A DNA stretch of 44,192 bases, from contig JAYGCM010000079.1 of the NCBI GenBank assembly GCA_046583355.1, positions 1-44,192 of the forward strand, given 5' to 3'. Origin of the DNA: Deltaproteobacteria bacterium. GTDB lineage: Bacteria; Desulfobacterota; Binatia; UBA12015. The position numbers and the translations under genes were made by a program. Of this stretch, positions 30,378 to 41,238 are shown piece after piece; positions within the stretch are counted from its first letter, which is position 1; every line of letters begins with the position of its first letter. The notes beneath the pieces are model-generated. The model worked only from the letters and a program-made list of their open reading frames with translations. It was not told the DNA's origin and ran no database searches.

Positions 30378-31152
30378 CTTCCCCGAAGGCCGCGGCGAGC
30401 GCGACGAATTCTTCAATCGAGACCGTCTCGGCACGACGCACGGGGGCGATACCGGCTTCTTCCAGAGCGGCGACCGAACGCTCTTTGCCGAAATTGCTGC
30501 CGAGCGCATTGCGCAAGGTCTTGCGACGTTGCGAGAAGCCGGCCCGCACGACGCGGCGGAAACGTTGCGGATCACCCACATCAAAACGCGGCTCGGGCGA
30601 GACATCAAGACGAACGACCGCCGATTCCACCTTGGGCGGCGGACGAAAGGCCGAGGGCGGTACAGTGAAGCCCTCACGCACCTCGGCATGCACCTGAGTC
30701 AGAATCGAAAGACTACCGTAGGCGCGCGAGCCAGGGCCCGCGCGGAGTCGATTGGCGACCTCGCGCTGCAACATCACGACGATCCGCGGGAAGCGAGCGG
30801 GCGACTCCAGCAGGCGGGTGACGATGGCCGTGCCGGTCGAGTACGGAAGGTTTGCCACCACCGGCATCACCGGCTCAGGCAGGCGCGCCAGGTCGAAGCG
30901 CAGGAAATCGGCCTGCTCGACCACCAGGCCTTCGCGCGGCGTGGCCGCCATTTCCTCGGCCAGGCCGCGGTCGAACTCGACCGCCGTGACCCGGAAGCCG
31001 GCATCCAGCAACGGGAAGGTCAGCGCACCACGCCCCGGACCGACCTCGAGGATATGCGCGCCGGGCTCGAGTTCGGCCAGATCGATGGCCCGTGTAACCA
31101 CGCTCGGGTCAATCAGGAAATGCTGGCCGAGAGCATGCCGACGGCCGCCCAT
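30370..31152 (-). CDS. rsmA: 16S rRNA adenine dimethyltransferase
   Basis: LGQHFL, EVGPGRG, ANLPY and FRPPPKVES. Confidence 0.95.
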   Translation of the reverse strand: MGGRRHALGQHFLIDPSVVTRAIDLAELEPGAHILEVGPGRGALTFPLLDAGFRVTAVEFDRGLAEEMAATPREGLVVEQADFLRFDLARLPEPVMPVVANLPYSTGTAIVTRLLESPARFPRIVVMLQREVANRLRAGPGSRAYGSLSILTQVHAEVREGFTVPPSAFRPPPKVESAVVRLDVSPEPRFDVGDPQRFRRVVRAGFSQRRKTLRNALGSNFGKERSVAALEEAGIAPVRRAETVSIEEFVALAAAFGEDA

Positions 31153-32162
31153 CAGCCCACATCCAGATGGAGGCGCGGCCCTACCGGCAGAGTTGCCACG
31201 GCGTTGAGGTCCAAAGAATCGCGCTCGCCGCGCGCCAGGCGCAACCAGCCGACATAGGCGATCATCGCCGCATTATCAGTACAGCGAGAGAGCGGCGGCA
31301 CCGAGCAGACGGCACCCTCCTCGGCCGCCATCAAGGCCATCGCCTCGCGCAACGGCCCATTGGCCGAGACACCGCCGGTAACCACGAGGCGACGCACGCC
31401 GGTGGCCTGCAACGCCCGGCGCGCCGCCTCGACCAAAGACTCGACTACAGCGAGCTGAAACGAGGCCGCCACATCGGGCACGGACAGGTCGGGATGCTTC
31501 TCGACCTGCTGCCAGAGTGCGGTCTTCAGACCACTGAAGCTCAGGTCGAGCGCGGCGCCGCGTACGCGCGGGCGCGGCAGGCGCAGCGCCTTGGAATTGC
31601 CCTCGCGCGCCACTCGTTCGATCTCACGGCCACCCGGGTAACCCAAGCCGAGTAGCTTGGCCGCCTTGTCGAAAGCCTCGCCGGCGGCGTCATCGCGAGT
31701 CTGGCCGAGCAAGGCGAAGCTGCCGTCTGCCTGCGCCAGGTAAAGCGCTGAATGGCCGCCCGAGACGACCAGGCCGAGAAAGGGCCGCTCGACCTTCTCG
31801 TCGAGTTCGCCCGAAAGCAGATGCCCCTCGACGTGATTGACGCCAACAAAGGGCAAGCCGCGCGAGCGTGCGATCGCCTTGGCCGCGCAGAGGCCCACCA
31901 ACAACGACCCAACCAGGCCCGGGCCGCGCGTGGCCGCGATGCCGTCCACATCCGCAAGCGTAAGTCCGGCGCGCGCAAGGGCCAACTCGATCACCGGAAT
32001 CACATGGAACATATGGTTGCGCGCCGCCAGCTCGGGCACGATGCCGCCGAAGGGCCGATGCACATCGTCTTGTGATGCGACGACATTGGCGAGCTCACGC
32101 CCCTCGTCCACAAGGGCCGCGGCGGTATCATCGCAGGAAGATTCGATGCCCAATACGATCAT
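31152..32162 (-). CDS. tsaD: tRNA N6-threonylcarbamoyltransferase
   Basis: LGIESSCDD, HVEGH, VSGGH, DDAAGEAFDK and TDNAAMI. Confidence 0.96.
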   Translation of the reverse strand: MIVLGIESSCDDTAAALVDEGRELANVVASQDDVHRPFGGIVPELAARNHMFHVIPVIELALARAGLTLADVDGIAATRGPGLVGSLLVGLCAAKAIARSRGLPFVGVNHVEGHLLSGELDEKVERPFLGLVVSGGHSALYLAQADGSFALLGQTRDDAAGEAFDKAAKLLGLGYPGGREIERVAREGNSKALRLPRPRVRGAALDLSFSGLKTALWQQVEKHPDLSVPDVAASFQLAVVESLVEAARRALQATGVRRLVVTGGVSANGPLREAMALMAAEEGAVCSVPPLSRCTDNAAMIAYVGWLRLARGERDSLDLNAVATLPVGPRLHLDVG

Positions 32163-32851
32163 CGGGCCAGCAGACGCGAAAGTGCCTTGCGGGCGGTGCG
32201 GTTGGCCGGATGGATCACCAGGGCACGACGATAGGCTGCGATCGCCACGTCGCTTCGTCCTTCGGTCTCGTAGACCTCGCCCCCCACGGCCACCACTTCC
32301 GCAAGCCAGGCGCCACGCGGCTGCGCGGCCGCGGCGCGCTTCAGGTCGGCGCGGGCACCGCCGGTCGAGCCGACCAGCAACGAGGCCTGCGCTCGGGCGA
32401 CATAGGCAGGAACGCAGCCGGGGTCGGCGCGGATCGCCTCATCGAGCAGATCGAACGCATGGCCGGTCGTGCCCGCCTGCAATTCGGCGCGCGCCCGGTC
32501 GACCAAGCGCATGGCCGCCGCCGCATGCGGCGGCGTATGTGCCGAGATCGACCAACCCAGCGGGTCGCGCGTGCGGTCATGCATGCCGCGGCGGTTGGGC
32601 GTCGGCGCCAGTGTCGGCGGGGAAGGTGTTCCCTCGGGCGACAAGATCGGCAATTCCAGCGGCCAGAGCGGTGCCGGCGTGAGCCTCGGCAAGCTACTCG
32701 CGGGCGGGCGCCAAGGCGTCGCCAGGGGCCGGGGGCGACGCTGCCAGCGGCGCTCGGGCTCACGGCCGGGTGCACAAGCAGCCGCCACCAGAAGAAGGCC
32801 GGCGGCAGCGAAAACAAAAAGGCTGCGAATTTTCAGATCACGATTCATCAT
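32159..32851 (-). CDS. TPR-repeat putative lipoprotein (LpoP-like candidate)
   Basis: Hydrophobic signal ending AAAC, Pro-rich linker and C-terminal TPR-like helices. Overlaps the PBP1B stop. Confidence 0.65.
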   Translation of the reverse strand: MMNRDLKIRSLFVFAAAGLLLVAAACAPGREPERRWQRRPRPLATPWRPPASSLPRLTPAPLWPLELPILSPEGTPSPPTLAPTPNRRGMHDRTRDPLGWSISAHTPPHAAAAMRLVDRARAELQAGTTGHAFDLLDEAIRADPGCVPAYVARAQASLLVGSTGGARADLKRAAAAQPRGAWLAEVVAVGGEVYETEGRSDVAIAAYRRALVIHPANRTARKALSRLLAR

Positions 32852-35273
32852 CAGTCGGCGACACGCGCTCCTCAGGGAGGTCGTCCGCACCGAGAGTCTC
32901 GGCAAAATCGACGCTCGGCGCCAGTGGGCGCGAAGACGCCGGTTCGTCGCCGGTGAGAAACGCTTCCAGAATCAGCTCTACAGGCGGCTTCTGCTCTTCG
33001 CTCGCCGCGGCTGCCAGCCCCGCTTCCCCGCGCGGCACGTCCGCATCCGAATTGCCGCCCTCCGGTGCCGGCGGCAAGCCCGTGTGCCGATCGACCTCGA
33101 CCATCGTGACGCCCGGCGGCACCGAGAAGCCGCGCTTCGAGTCGGCCGCGGTCGCATGCTTCATGAACTCGGTCCAGATCGGCAGGGCCGCGCTCGCGCC
33201 CGAGAGCTCCAGCGGCGTGCCGCTGTCGTAGCCCACCCAAACACCGGCCAGAAGCTCCGGCGTATAACCGATAAACCAGGCATCGCGGTAGCCATTGGTC
33301 GTGCCGGTCTTGCCTGCGGCCGGGCTCTTGAACCCGCGCCAGCGAGCGCTGCGCCCGGTACCGCGATCCATCACGCCTTCGAGGATATGGGTGATCACAT
33401 AGGCCTCGGCCGGCGAGACGACCCGCCGCATCTCGGGCGGGTGGCCGACCAGCGTCGCGCCGTCGCGCGTCTCCACCCGCGTAATCGCGTTGGGTTCTGC
33501 ACGAATCCCGCCGCTGGCAAAAATTCCGTAGGCCGCCGTCATATCCAAGGGCGAGACCTCCAGCGAGCCCAGCACGATTGACGGCACCGCCAGCAGAGGC
33601 CCGGGGATCCCCACATGCTCGCCGAATGCGGCGATTTCTTCGAGCCCGATATTCCAGGCGATCCGCGCCACCGCGGCATTCAGCGACTTCTCAAGCGCGG
33701 TGCGCACGGTCACTTCACCCAAATATTTATCACCATAATTTTTGGGAGCCCAATTCTGGTCGAGTTCATACGACCAGGTAAAGGGAGCATCCTCCACAAT
33801 TGTCGCCGCGTTGATATGACGCTCGGGTTCGGTCTGCAGCAGGCCGACGAGAAAGACGAAAGGCTTGAAGGCCGAGCCCGGCTGACGCAAAGCATCGGTC
33901 ACGCGGTTGAATTGACTCTCCTGGTAATTACGCCCGCCGACCATGGCGCGGATCTCGCCCGTGCGTGGCGAGATGGCAACCAGGGCCGCCTCGAGGCGGT
34001 CGTTCTCCGGCGCCGGATGCGATTTCGCCCGCCGCTCCGCCACCCGCTCCAGCCCACTGCGCAATGCTTCCTCGGCCCATTCCTGCATCATTGGGTCAAG
34101 CGTCGTATGCACCGAGAAACCTTCTGACGTAAGCGCACCCCGCGGGAAGCGTTTGGCGAGCTCGCGCTCGACGGCGTCAACGAAAAAGGGTGCGCTGCGC
34201 TGGCGTTTGCGAGGCGGCAACACGCCAAGCCCGCTGGCGCGCACCTCTTCCCAGGTGCGCTGGTCGATATCGCCGGCCTCATAGAGCAGACGCAGAACCG
34301 TATTGCGGCGCGCACGGGCGCGCTCGGGGTAGCGGCGCGGCGAATAGGCCGAGGGGGCGCGAATCAATCCGGCGAGAATCGCTGCCTCGCCGACATCGAT
34401 CTCCGAGGGATCCTTGCCGAAGAAGAAACGCGAAGCCTCGGCCACTCCGTAGACGCCGCGCGCACCGCGCTGCCCGAGATAGATCTCGTTCAAATAGGCC
34501 TCGAGAATCGCCTCTTTCGGGTATTTCTGCTCGGCGACCAGCGCCATCGCAATCTCGTGCAGCTTGCGCTGATAGGTTCGCTCCGAGCTCAGGAAGAAAT
34601 TCTTCATGAGCTGCTGGGTCAGCGTGCTGCCCCCCTGCCGCACTTGGCCGGACTGCAAATTCGTGAGCAACGCGCGCCCCATACCCACATAATCGATCCC
34701 ATTATGATCGAAAAAGCGGGCATCCTCGGTGACCAGAACGGCGCGAATGAGAATCGGCGAGACCTCGCTCAGCCGAATGGCGCGGCGCCCTTCCCAATCT
34801 CCCTGGTAGATGCCGGTGAGTTCCTCGGGCTCCAAAGCGACGGCGCCGATCTTCTCGCCCGTGCGCAGGTCAGAGATCTCGCGCACGCGATCGTCCTCAA
34901 GCAGAATGCGCACGGGGCGCGCCTGCGCGCCGCCCTGCCCGCTGGGTCGCAAGGCAATCTCGAGGCTATCATCGCCCGAGCGCATCTCGCCGCCGCGGCT
35001 CGGCTCATGTTCGACCTCGATATAAGAGAGCCTATCCAGGCGCCGCCCGAGACCTGCCGCCGACACATCGAGCCCAGGGTAGATCAGGAATTCATCGCTC
35101 AGGATCCGGCTGGGAAAATCCCAAAGCCGACCACGGAAGCGTTCTTCCAGTGTCGTCGCGAGGTTCTCGTAGACGATCCAACCCGCGGCCGCGGCCGCAG
35201 CGCCCAAGGGAATGAGCGCCACGACCACTGCGACGAGAAGCGAACGCAGCCGGCGTCCGAAAGACCCGGCCAT
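32838..35273 (-). CDS. mrcB: Penicillin-binding protein 1B (class A)
   Basis: TM helix, UB2H-like region, GT motifs (EDARFF.H.G, QGGSTLTQQL, YLN.IY.G) and TP motifs (SAFK, SLN, KTG). Confidence 0.9.
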   Translation of the reverse strand: MAGSFGRRLRSLLVAVVVALIPLGAAAAAAGWIVYENLATTLEERFRGRLWDFPSRILSDEFLIYPGLDVSAAGLGRRLDRLSYIEVEHEPSRGGEMRSGDDSLEIALRPSGQGGAQARPVRILLEDDRVREISDLRTGEKIGAVALEPEELTGIYQGDWEGRRAIRLSEVSPILIRAVLVTEDARFFDHNGIDYVGMGRALLTNLQSGQVRQGGSTLTQQLMKNFFLSSERTYQRKLHEIAMALVAEQKYPKEAILEAYLNEIYLGQRGARGVYGVAEASRFFFGKDPSEIDVGEAAILAGLIRAPSAYSPRRYPERARARRNTVLRLLYEAGDIDQRTWEEVRASGLGVLPPRKRQRSAPFFVDAVERELAKRFPRGALTSEGFSVHTTLDPMMQEWAEEALRSGLERVAERRAKSHPAPENDRLEAALVAISPRTGEIRAMVGGRNYQESQFNRVTDALRQPGSAFKPFVFLVGLLQTEPERHINAATIVEDAPFTWSYELDQNWAPKNYGDKYLGEVTVRTALEKSLNAAVARIAWNIGLEEIAAFGEHVGIPGPLLAVPSIVLGSLEVSPLDMTAAYGIFASGGIRAEPNAITRVETRDGATLVGHPPEMRRVVSPAEAYVITHILEGVMDRGTGRSARWRGFKSPAAGKTGTTNGYRDAWFIGYTPELLAGVWVGYDSGTPLELSGASAALPIWTEFMKHATAADSKRGFSVPPGVTMVEVDRHTGLPPAPEGGNSDADVPRGEAGLAAAASEEQKPPVELILEAFLTGDEPASSRPLAPSVDFAETLGADDLPEERVSPTDDES

Positions 35274-35277
35274 CCGG

Positions 35278-36765
35278 TCAATCGGCCGGTGGCTTGAGTG
35301 CGAGGAAGACTGTATTGTCGCCGCGGCGTACGAGCAGCAGGACGCTCTTGCCAGCCTTGCGCTCTTTGAGGCGCGTGGAATACTCCTCGAGGTTCGCCAC
35401 AACCTTGCGGTTCACTTCGAGGATGACATCGCCGCGACGCAAACCCGCGTCGGCCGCCGAGGTACCCGGCTCGACCGCCGAGACCAGCACGCCTTCAGTC
35501 TCGGGCTCAAGCCCAAGCGACTCAGCGATTTCCGGCGTGAGGTTCTGCGCCGCCAGCCCGAACGCCTCGGACTCGCTGCCAGCCAACTCGAGCTCATCGT
35601 CTTCCATCTCGGCGACCTTGAGCTCCAGCGTCTTCTCGGCGCCATTGCGGATCACCACGACTTCCACCGTCTCGCCGATCGTCTGCTGCGCCACCAGAAG
35701 CGGCAAATCGGTAGACTCAGCCACGTCCTTGCCCGCAAAGGTCAAAATGACATCGCCGACCTGCACGCCCGCCAACTCGGCCGGGCCGCCATCTACGACA
35801 TCGGCCACCAGCGCGCCACCGGCCTTGTCCATGCCGAGCGATTCGGCGATATCCGGCGTCACCTTCTGGATCATGACGCCCATCCAGCCGCGCGTAACCT
35901 TGCCCTTTTCCTGAAGCTGCGGAATCAGCTGCCGAGCCAGGTTGATCGGAATCGCGAAGCCGATACCGATATTGCCGCCACTGCGGCTGAAGATGGAGGT
36001 GTTGATCCCCACCACCCGACCGTCAAGGCTGATCAGCGGCCCACCGGAGTTGCCGGGGTTGATCGGTGCGTCGGTCTGGATGAAGTCGTCGTAATTCCCC
36101 TGGCCGATGAAGCGGCCTTTGGCGCTGACGATGCCGGCCGTAACCGAGAAATCGAGGCCGAAGGGGTTGCCGATAGCCATCACCCACTCGCCGACCTTCA
36201 AGTTTTCGGAATCGCCGAAGGGGATCGCCTGCAACTCACGGCCCGCGTCAATTTTCAGGACCGCAATATCCGTCTTGGGATCGCGCCCGACCAGCGTCGC
36301 GTCGAACTCCTCACCGGAAGTCAACTTGACGTGAATCGCGTCGGCATTCTCGATGACGTGGTTATTGGTCAGGATATAGCCGGCTCCATCGAAAATGAAG
36401 CCAGAACCCAAGCTGCGCCGCGGCATGCCACGGCCCGGCCCCTGCGGGCCGAAGAAGCGCTCGAAGGGTTCACGGCCCGGCCCGCCCTGCTGCGGCCCGG
36501 GGCGAAAGCCCTGGCGGCGCTTGGGCGCCTTGTTCTCGGTTGCGATATTCACCACCGAGGCGCGCCATTTCTCCGAGAGTTGGACGAAATCCGGTAGGAC
36601 GCAGCGCACACAAACCTCATCACCGCTGCCGGCGACGGTAAAGACATCCGAGTTCGCTTCCGCGACCGGCACCTCAAGCGCGCGATAGCTACTCGCGAGC
36701 CAGCCGGTTCCGAAACCGAGGAGAACGAGAAGAATAATTCGGGCAGAACTGCGCATGGCTTCCAT
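35278..36765 (-). CDS. DegP/DegQ (HtrA) serine protease with two PDZ domains
   Basis: GSGF, TNNHV, DIAVL and QTDAPINPGNSGGPL. Confidence 0.95.
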   Translation of the reverse strand: MEAMRSSARIILLVLLGFGTGWLASSYRALEVPVAEANSDVFTVAGSGDEVCVRCVLPDFVQLSEKWRASVVNIATENKAPKRRQGFRPGPQQGGPGREPFERFFGPQGPGRGMPRRSLGSGFIFDGAGYILTNNHVIENADAIHVKLTSGEEFDATLVGRDPKTDIAVLKIDAGRELQAIPFGDSENLKVGEWVMAIGNPFGLDFSVTAGIVSAKGRFIGQGNYDDFIQTDAPINPGNSGGPLISLDGRVVGINTSIFSRSGGNIGIGFAIPINLARQLIPQLQEKGKVTRGWMGVMIQKVTPDIAESLGMDKAGGALVADVVDGGPAELAGVQVGDVILTFAGKDVAESTDLPLLVAQQTIGETVEVVVIRNGAEKTLELKVAEMEDDELELAGSESEAFGLAAQNLTPEIAESLGLEPETEGVLVSAVEPGTSAADAGLRRGDVILEVNRKVVANLEEYSTRLKERKAGKSVLLLVRRGDNTVFLALKPPAD

Positions 36766-36781
36766 ATCTTGTATTATTGGA

Positions 36782-37384
36782 CTAATTTTGCGGCGACGGA
36801 GTCTGCTGCCGCGAGATCTGCACGAAACGCAGCCTCAGGTCATAAAGGATTCGTTCGAAAAGCTCGGACTCGGAAGCGTCGAGGTTGCCCTGCGTTTTTT
36901 CCTGCAGGATACCCAGCAGGTCAATCAGATGACGTCCGGCCACGAGGTCGATATGCGGCGGTGCATTCTCTGCCTCTGCGATCTCGCCCAGGCAGAGAAG
37001 AGCCTGCGTACTGAGGCTCAGGACCAGCGAACTGAAGGTTGGGACGGCCGACTCCGTACCAGGCGGGACGTCGCGGGGCTCGCCCTGCGCCTCACCGAAT
37101 TGCGCCGGCGGTGCCTCGGCGCGACTCTCCGATGCGGGGGCGCTAGCTGGCGAACTCGGCGGCGTAGCCGGCTCGCGGGGCGATGCAGCGGCAGGCTCCG
37201 TGGGCGGTGGCGCAGCGGCTTCGTCCGACGCGGCCGCAGGGGTCTCTCCGTCGATGCCTACTGTCGTGTCGGCAAATACCTCGGTCGAGGTGGTCTCGCG
37301 CGCAGCGCCTTCCGCATCGAAGCGGCGGCGATCTACCACGCGAAAGCTGGTCTCTTCGTCCTTCTCCGATTCCGAATCGCTCAT
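36782..37384 (-). CDS. DUF1844-family protein
   Basis: FRVVDRRRF N-terminus, low-complexity linker, and F..LVLSL...AL..LG...IDLL.IL.EKT.GNL...E..L. Confidence 0.8.
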   Translation of the reverse strand: MSDSESEKDEETSFRVVDRRRFDAEGAARETTSTEVFADTTVGIDGETPAAASDEAAAPPPTEPAAASPREPATPPSSPASAPASESRAEAPPAQFGEAQGEPRDVPPGTESAVPTFSSLVLSLSTQALLCLGEIAEAENAPPHIDLVAGRHLIDLLGILQEKTQGNLDASESELFERILYDLRLRFVQISRQQTPSPQN

Positions 37385-37591
37385 CCCATTCCCCTCGTCG
37401 AGCCCGCCTGCCGGACCCATTATCCACCCCAGCCCGGGCGATCTCTGTCTCAGACGGAACCAGCCTTCTTTTGTTCAAGAAAGCGGCTCTATTTCTTCGC
37501 CCCTGCCGATCCGCAAGGCCCTGCCAATTCGGTAGAACCACCCCCGCGGGAAGTCAAGGAAAGCACATTGAGAGCGGCAGCCCCAAAATAG

Positions 37592-38615
<1,024 letters not shown>

Positions 38616-38650
38616 ACCATGGCTACCGCAGCACAGGAAAGGGCCCAAGC

Positions 38651-39520
38651 ATGTCCGAGACCGACCGCCTGAAAGAGCCGCTCGAGTCGGGCGTCGCTTC
38701 GCGACTCGGTGCATTGCGGCGCCTGCTGCAGGAGCTGCCGAGTGCAATCGTCGCCTACTCCGGCGGCGTCGACTCCAGCTTCGTGTTGGCCGTGGCCTGC
38801 GAGACCATCGGCGCGGGCGTGGTCGCGCTCACCACGAACTCCGCCGCCGTGCCGGAGCGTGAGTTGGCCGAAGCGCGCGTTTTGGCAGACCGGCTGGGTG
38901 CCGAACACCTGGTCCACCGCACCGACGAGGTCGCCATCGACGCCTACGCCGCGAACCCGACCAACCGCTGCTATTTTTGTAAGGATAATCTCTACCGGAT
39001 CTGCCATGCCGAGGCCGAACGCCGCGGTATCGCGACCATCCTCGACGGGGTGAATTGCGACGACCTCGGCGATTTCCGCCCCGGCCTCGACGCCGCGCGC
39101 GAACAAAAGGTGCGCCACCCCCTGGTCGAGGTAGGCATGACCAAGGACGATGTCCGCCAAGCCAGCGCCGCCATCGGTCTGGCGACCTGGGACAAACCGG
39201 CCCAGCCCTGCCTCGCTTCGCGCTTTCCCTACGGCACCTCGATCACGCACGCGCGCCTGAACCGTATTGAACTGGCCGAAGAGGCGGTACACGCTCTGGG
39301 CTTCCGCGAGTTCCGCGTCCGTTTTGTTGGAGAGGAGAAAGCCCGCCTCGAAATTGCCGGCAAGGAACTGAGCCGCGCGACCGAAGATACCATGCACAAG
39401 ACGCTGGTCGAGGCCGTCCGCGCGGCCGGCTTTGCCGAGGTCGTGCTTGACCTACGTGCCTTCCGCAGCGGTCGCCTGAACGAAGAAACCCCTGCGGCAG
39501 GACCGTCAGGGGCTTCTTGA
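38651..39520 (+). CDS. larE: LarE-family ATP-dependent sulfur transferase
   Basis: PP-loop SGGVDSS, NRCYFCK, DD.GD.RPG, PCLASRFPYG and FRSG. Start at ATG 38651 or TTG 38612. Confidence 0.88.
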   Translation: MSETDRLKEPLESGVASRLGALRRLLQELPSAIVAYSGGVDSSFVLAVACETIGAGVVALTTNSAAVPERELAEARVLADRLGAEHLVHRTDEVAIDAYAANPTNRCYFCKDNLYRICHAEAERRGIATILDGVNCDDLGDFRPGLDAAREQKVRHPLVEVGMTKDDVRQASAAIGLATWDKPAQPCLASRFPYGTSITHARLNRIELAEEAVHALGFREFRVRFVGEEKARLEIAGKELSRATEDTMHKTLVEAVRAAGFAEVVLDLRAFRSGRLNEETPAAGPSGAS

Positions 39521-39552
39521 ATTGCGGCGCGCTGCGCCGACACACGAATTTT

Positions 39553-40035
39553 CTAAGGAGCGAAGATCGTGCGGAGCTCTTCCATGATTTTCTCTTCGGG
39601 ATGCGCGCGCGCAATCGAGAGTTCTTTGACCAGCAGCGTACGTGCCGTATCGAGCATTTTACGCTCGCCAAAAGAAAGCTCTTTATCGCTTTTCAGCACG
39701 AAGAGGTCACGCAGCACCTTGGCGATCTCGAGAACCGAGCCAGTCTTGATGCGCTCGGTGTATTCGCGGTAGCGACGGTTCCACGTCTGCTGGTCGATTT
39801 CGACCTTCTTGTCACGCAGGATTTTATAAACCTTGGAGACGGTCGCCTTGCCGATGATGGGTCGCAACCCCACGGCATCGACATTTTCCATCGGTACCAT
39901 GATCGTCATATCGCTTTCGAGAAAGCGGAGCATGAAGAACTTTTTCTCCGACCCGGCGATGGTCTTGGTCTGTACACTTTCGATGACGCCAACACCGTGA
40001 GCGGGATAAACTACCTTCTGACCAACCTTGAACAT
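39553..40035 (-). CDS. carD: CarD/CdnL-family RNA polymerase-binding regulator
   Basis: MFKVGQKVVYPAHGVG, TWNRRYRE and LSFGERKML. SD AGGAGG. Confidence 0.93.
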   Translation of the reverse strand: MFKVGQKVVYPAHGVGVIESVQTKTIAGSEKKFFMLRFLESDMTIMVPMENVDAVGLRPIIGKATVSKVYKILRDKKVEIDQQTWNRRYREYTERIKTGSVLEIAKVLRDLFVLKSDKELSFGERKMLDTARTLLVKELSIARAHPEEKIMEELRTIFAP

Positions 40036-40066
40036 AACCGGGGAACCTCCTGAATGAGAGACTATC

Positions 40067-40095
40067 AGGATACTGAAAATGCCCCCATGCAGCAA
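40067..40095 (-). promoter_or_regulatory. Putative sigma70 promoter of carD
   Basis: TTGCTG-17 nt-TATCCT on the minus strand, upstream of the SD. Confidence 0.45.
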
Positions 40096-40161
40096 GGAAG
40101 AATCTCCTCTCCTAATGCTCTACTTAAGCGCAATTACAAGACGCGCCGCGTCACCGGCAGT

Positions 40162-40225
40162 AGGGCACGGTGTCGTCGCCCGGATGCAGGCCGGCTTTTC
40201 GACCGTGCCTCCAGAGGCGCGGCCG
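40162..40225. repeat. REP/MITE-like palindromic element, copy 3 (inverted), plus an extra arm
   Basis: Reverse complement of 40180-40205 is CGGTCGAAAAGCCGGCCTGCATCCGG (23/26 to copies 1 and 2). Extra arm CCAGAGGCGCGGCCG at 40211-40225. Confidence 0.68.
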
Positions 40226-40233
40226 CCAGCGCC

Positions 40234-41238
40234 CTACCAGCGGACCAGCGCCGCCGCCCAGGTAAAGCCGGCGCCGAACGCGGCCAGGCAGATCAGGCCG
40301 CCCTCTTTGGCGCGGCCGTCGTCGAGGGCTTCACGCAGGGCCAAGGGAATCGAGGCCGCCGTCGTATTGCCGTACTTCTGCATATTGTTGACGACGCGGG
40401 CTTCCTCCAGCTTGAGTTCCGCCCCTACAAATTGGTTGATCCGCAGATTGGCCTGGTGCGGCACCAACAGGTCGAGGTCTTCGATGCCGTAGCCATTGGC
40501 CGCCAGCGACTCGCGGATCACTTCGGGGAAACGAGTCACGGCATGCTTGAAAACGTAACGCCCCGCCATGCGCGGGTAGGCCGAGGGGTCCTCGCCCTCC
40601 AGGTCCTCGACCCTGACGGTCGGGGAACGTCGACTGGTCGGCACTTCAAGCCAGAGCTTCTCCGCGAATTTGCCGTCAGCATGCAGATGGGTCGAGAGAA
40701 TTCCCTTCTCCCCATCGGGTGAGGGACCCAATACGACGGCTGCGGCCGCGTCACCGAAGATCACGCTGACCTCCCGGCCCCGCGTCGAGATATCGAGGCC
40801 GGTCGAATGAATCTCGCCCCCGACGATCAGGACATGCTTGCCGCGCCCGGACTTCAGCCAGGTATCGGCCGTCGCCAGCGCGTAGACAAAGCCCGAGCAT
40901 TGGTTGCGAACATCCAGAGCCGGCATCGGCCGCGCGCCCAGCTTCGCCGCCATCATGCAGGCAGTCGCCGGCCATTCGAGGTCCGGCGAAAGGGTCGCGT
41001 AAATCAGAAGATCAATATCGTCGATCGTGAGTCCGGCATCTTTGAGCGCCTTCTCCGCGGCCACCTTGCCGAGATCCGTGCTCGCGCAATCTTCGGCGAC
41101 ATGGCGTCGCTCACAGATCCCCGTGCGCTGCTCGATCCATTCGTGCGAAGTATCCATGCGCTCGCTGAGGTCGTCATTGGTGACGATATTATCCGGCAAA
41201 CAAGTCCCTACGCCCAAAATATGGTTGCGCGCTGCCAT
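40234..41238 (-). CDS. fabH: 3-oxoacyl-ACP synthase III (intact catalytic triad)
   Basis: NQCSGF (Cys), PHQAN (His), YGNTTAAS (Asn) and FGAGFTW. Confidence 0.93.
   Translation of the reverse strand: MAARNHILGVGTCLPDNIVTNDDLSERMDTSHEWIEQRTGICERRHVAEDCASTDLGKVAAEKALKDAGLTIDDIDLLIYATLSPDLEWPATACMMAAKLGARPMPALDVRNQCSGFVYALATADTWLKSGRGKHVLIVGGEIHSTGLDISTRGREVSVIFGDAAAAVVLGPSPDGEKGILSTHLHADGKFAEKLWLEVPTSRRSPTVRVEDLEGEDPSAYPRMAGRYVFKHAVTRFPEVIRESLAANGYGIEDLDLLVPHQANLRINQFVGAELKLEEARVVNNMQKYGNTTAASIPLALREALDDGRAKEGGLICLAAFGAGFTWAAALVRW

Noticed and set aside
37513..37527. Sigma54-like TGGCA...TTGC on the minus strand upstream of the DUF1844 gene
   Set aside because: GG-to-GC spacing is 9 nt rather than the required 10.
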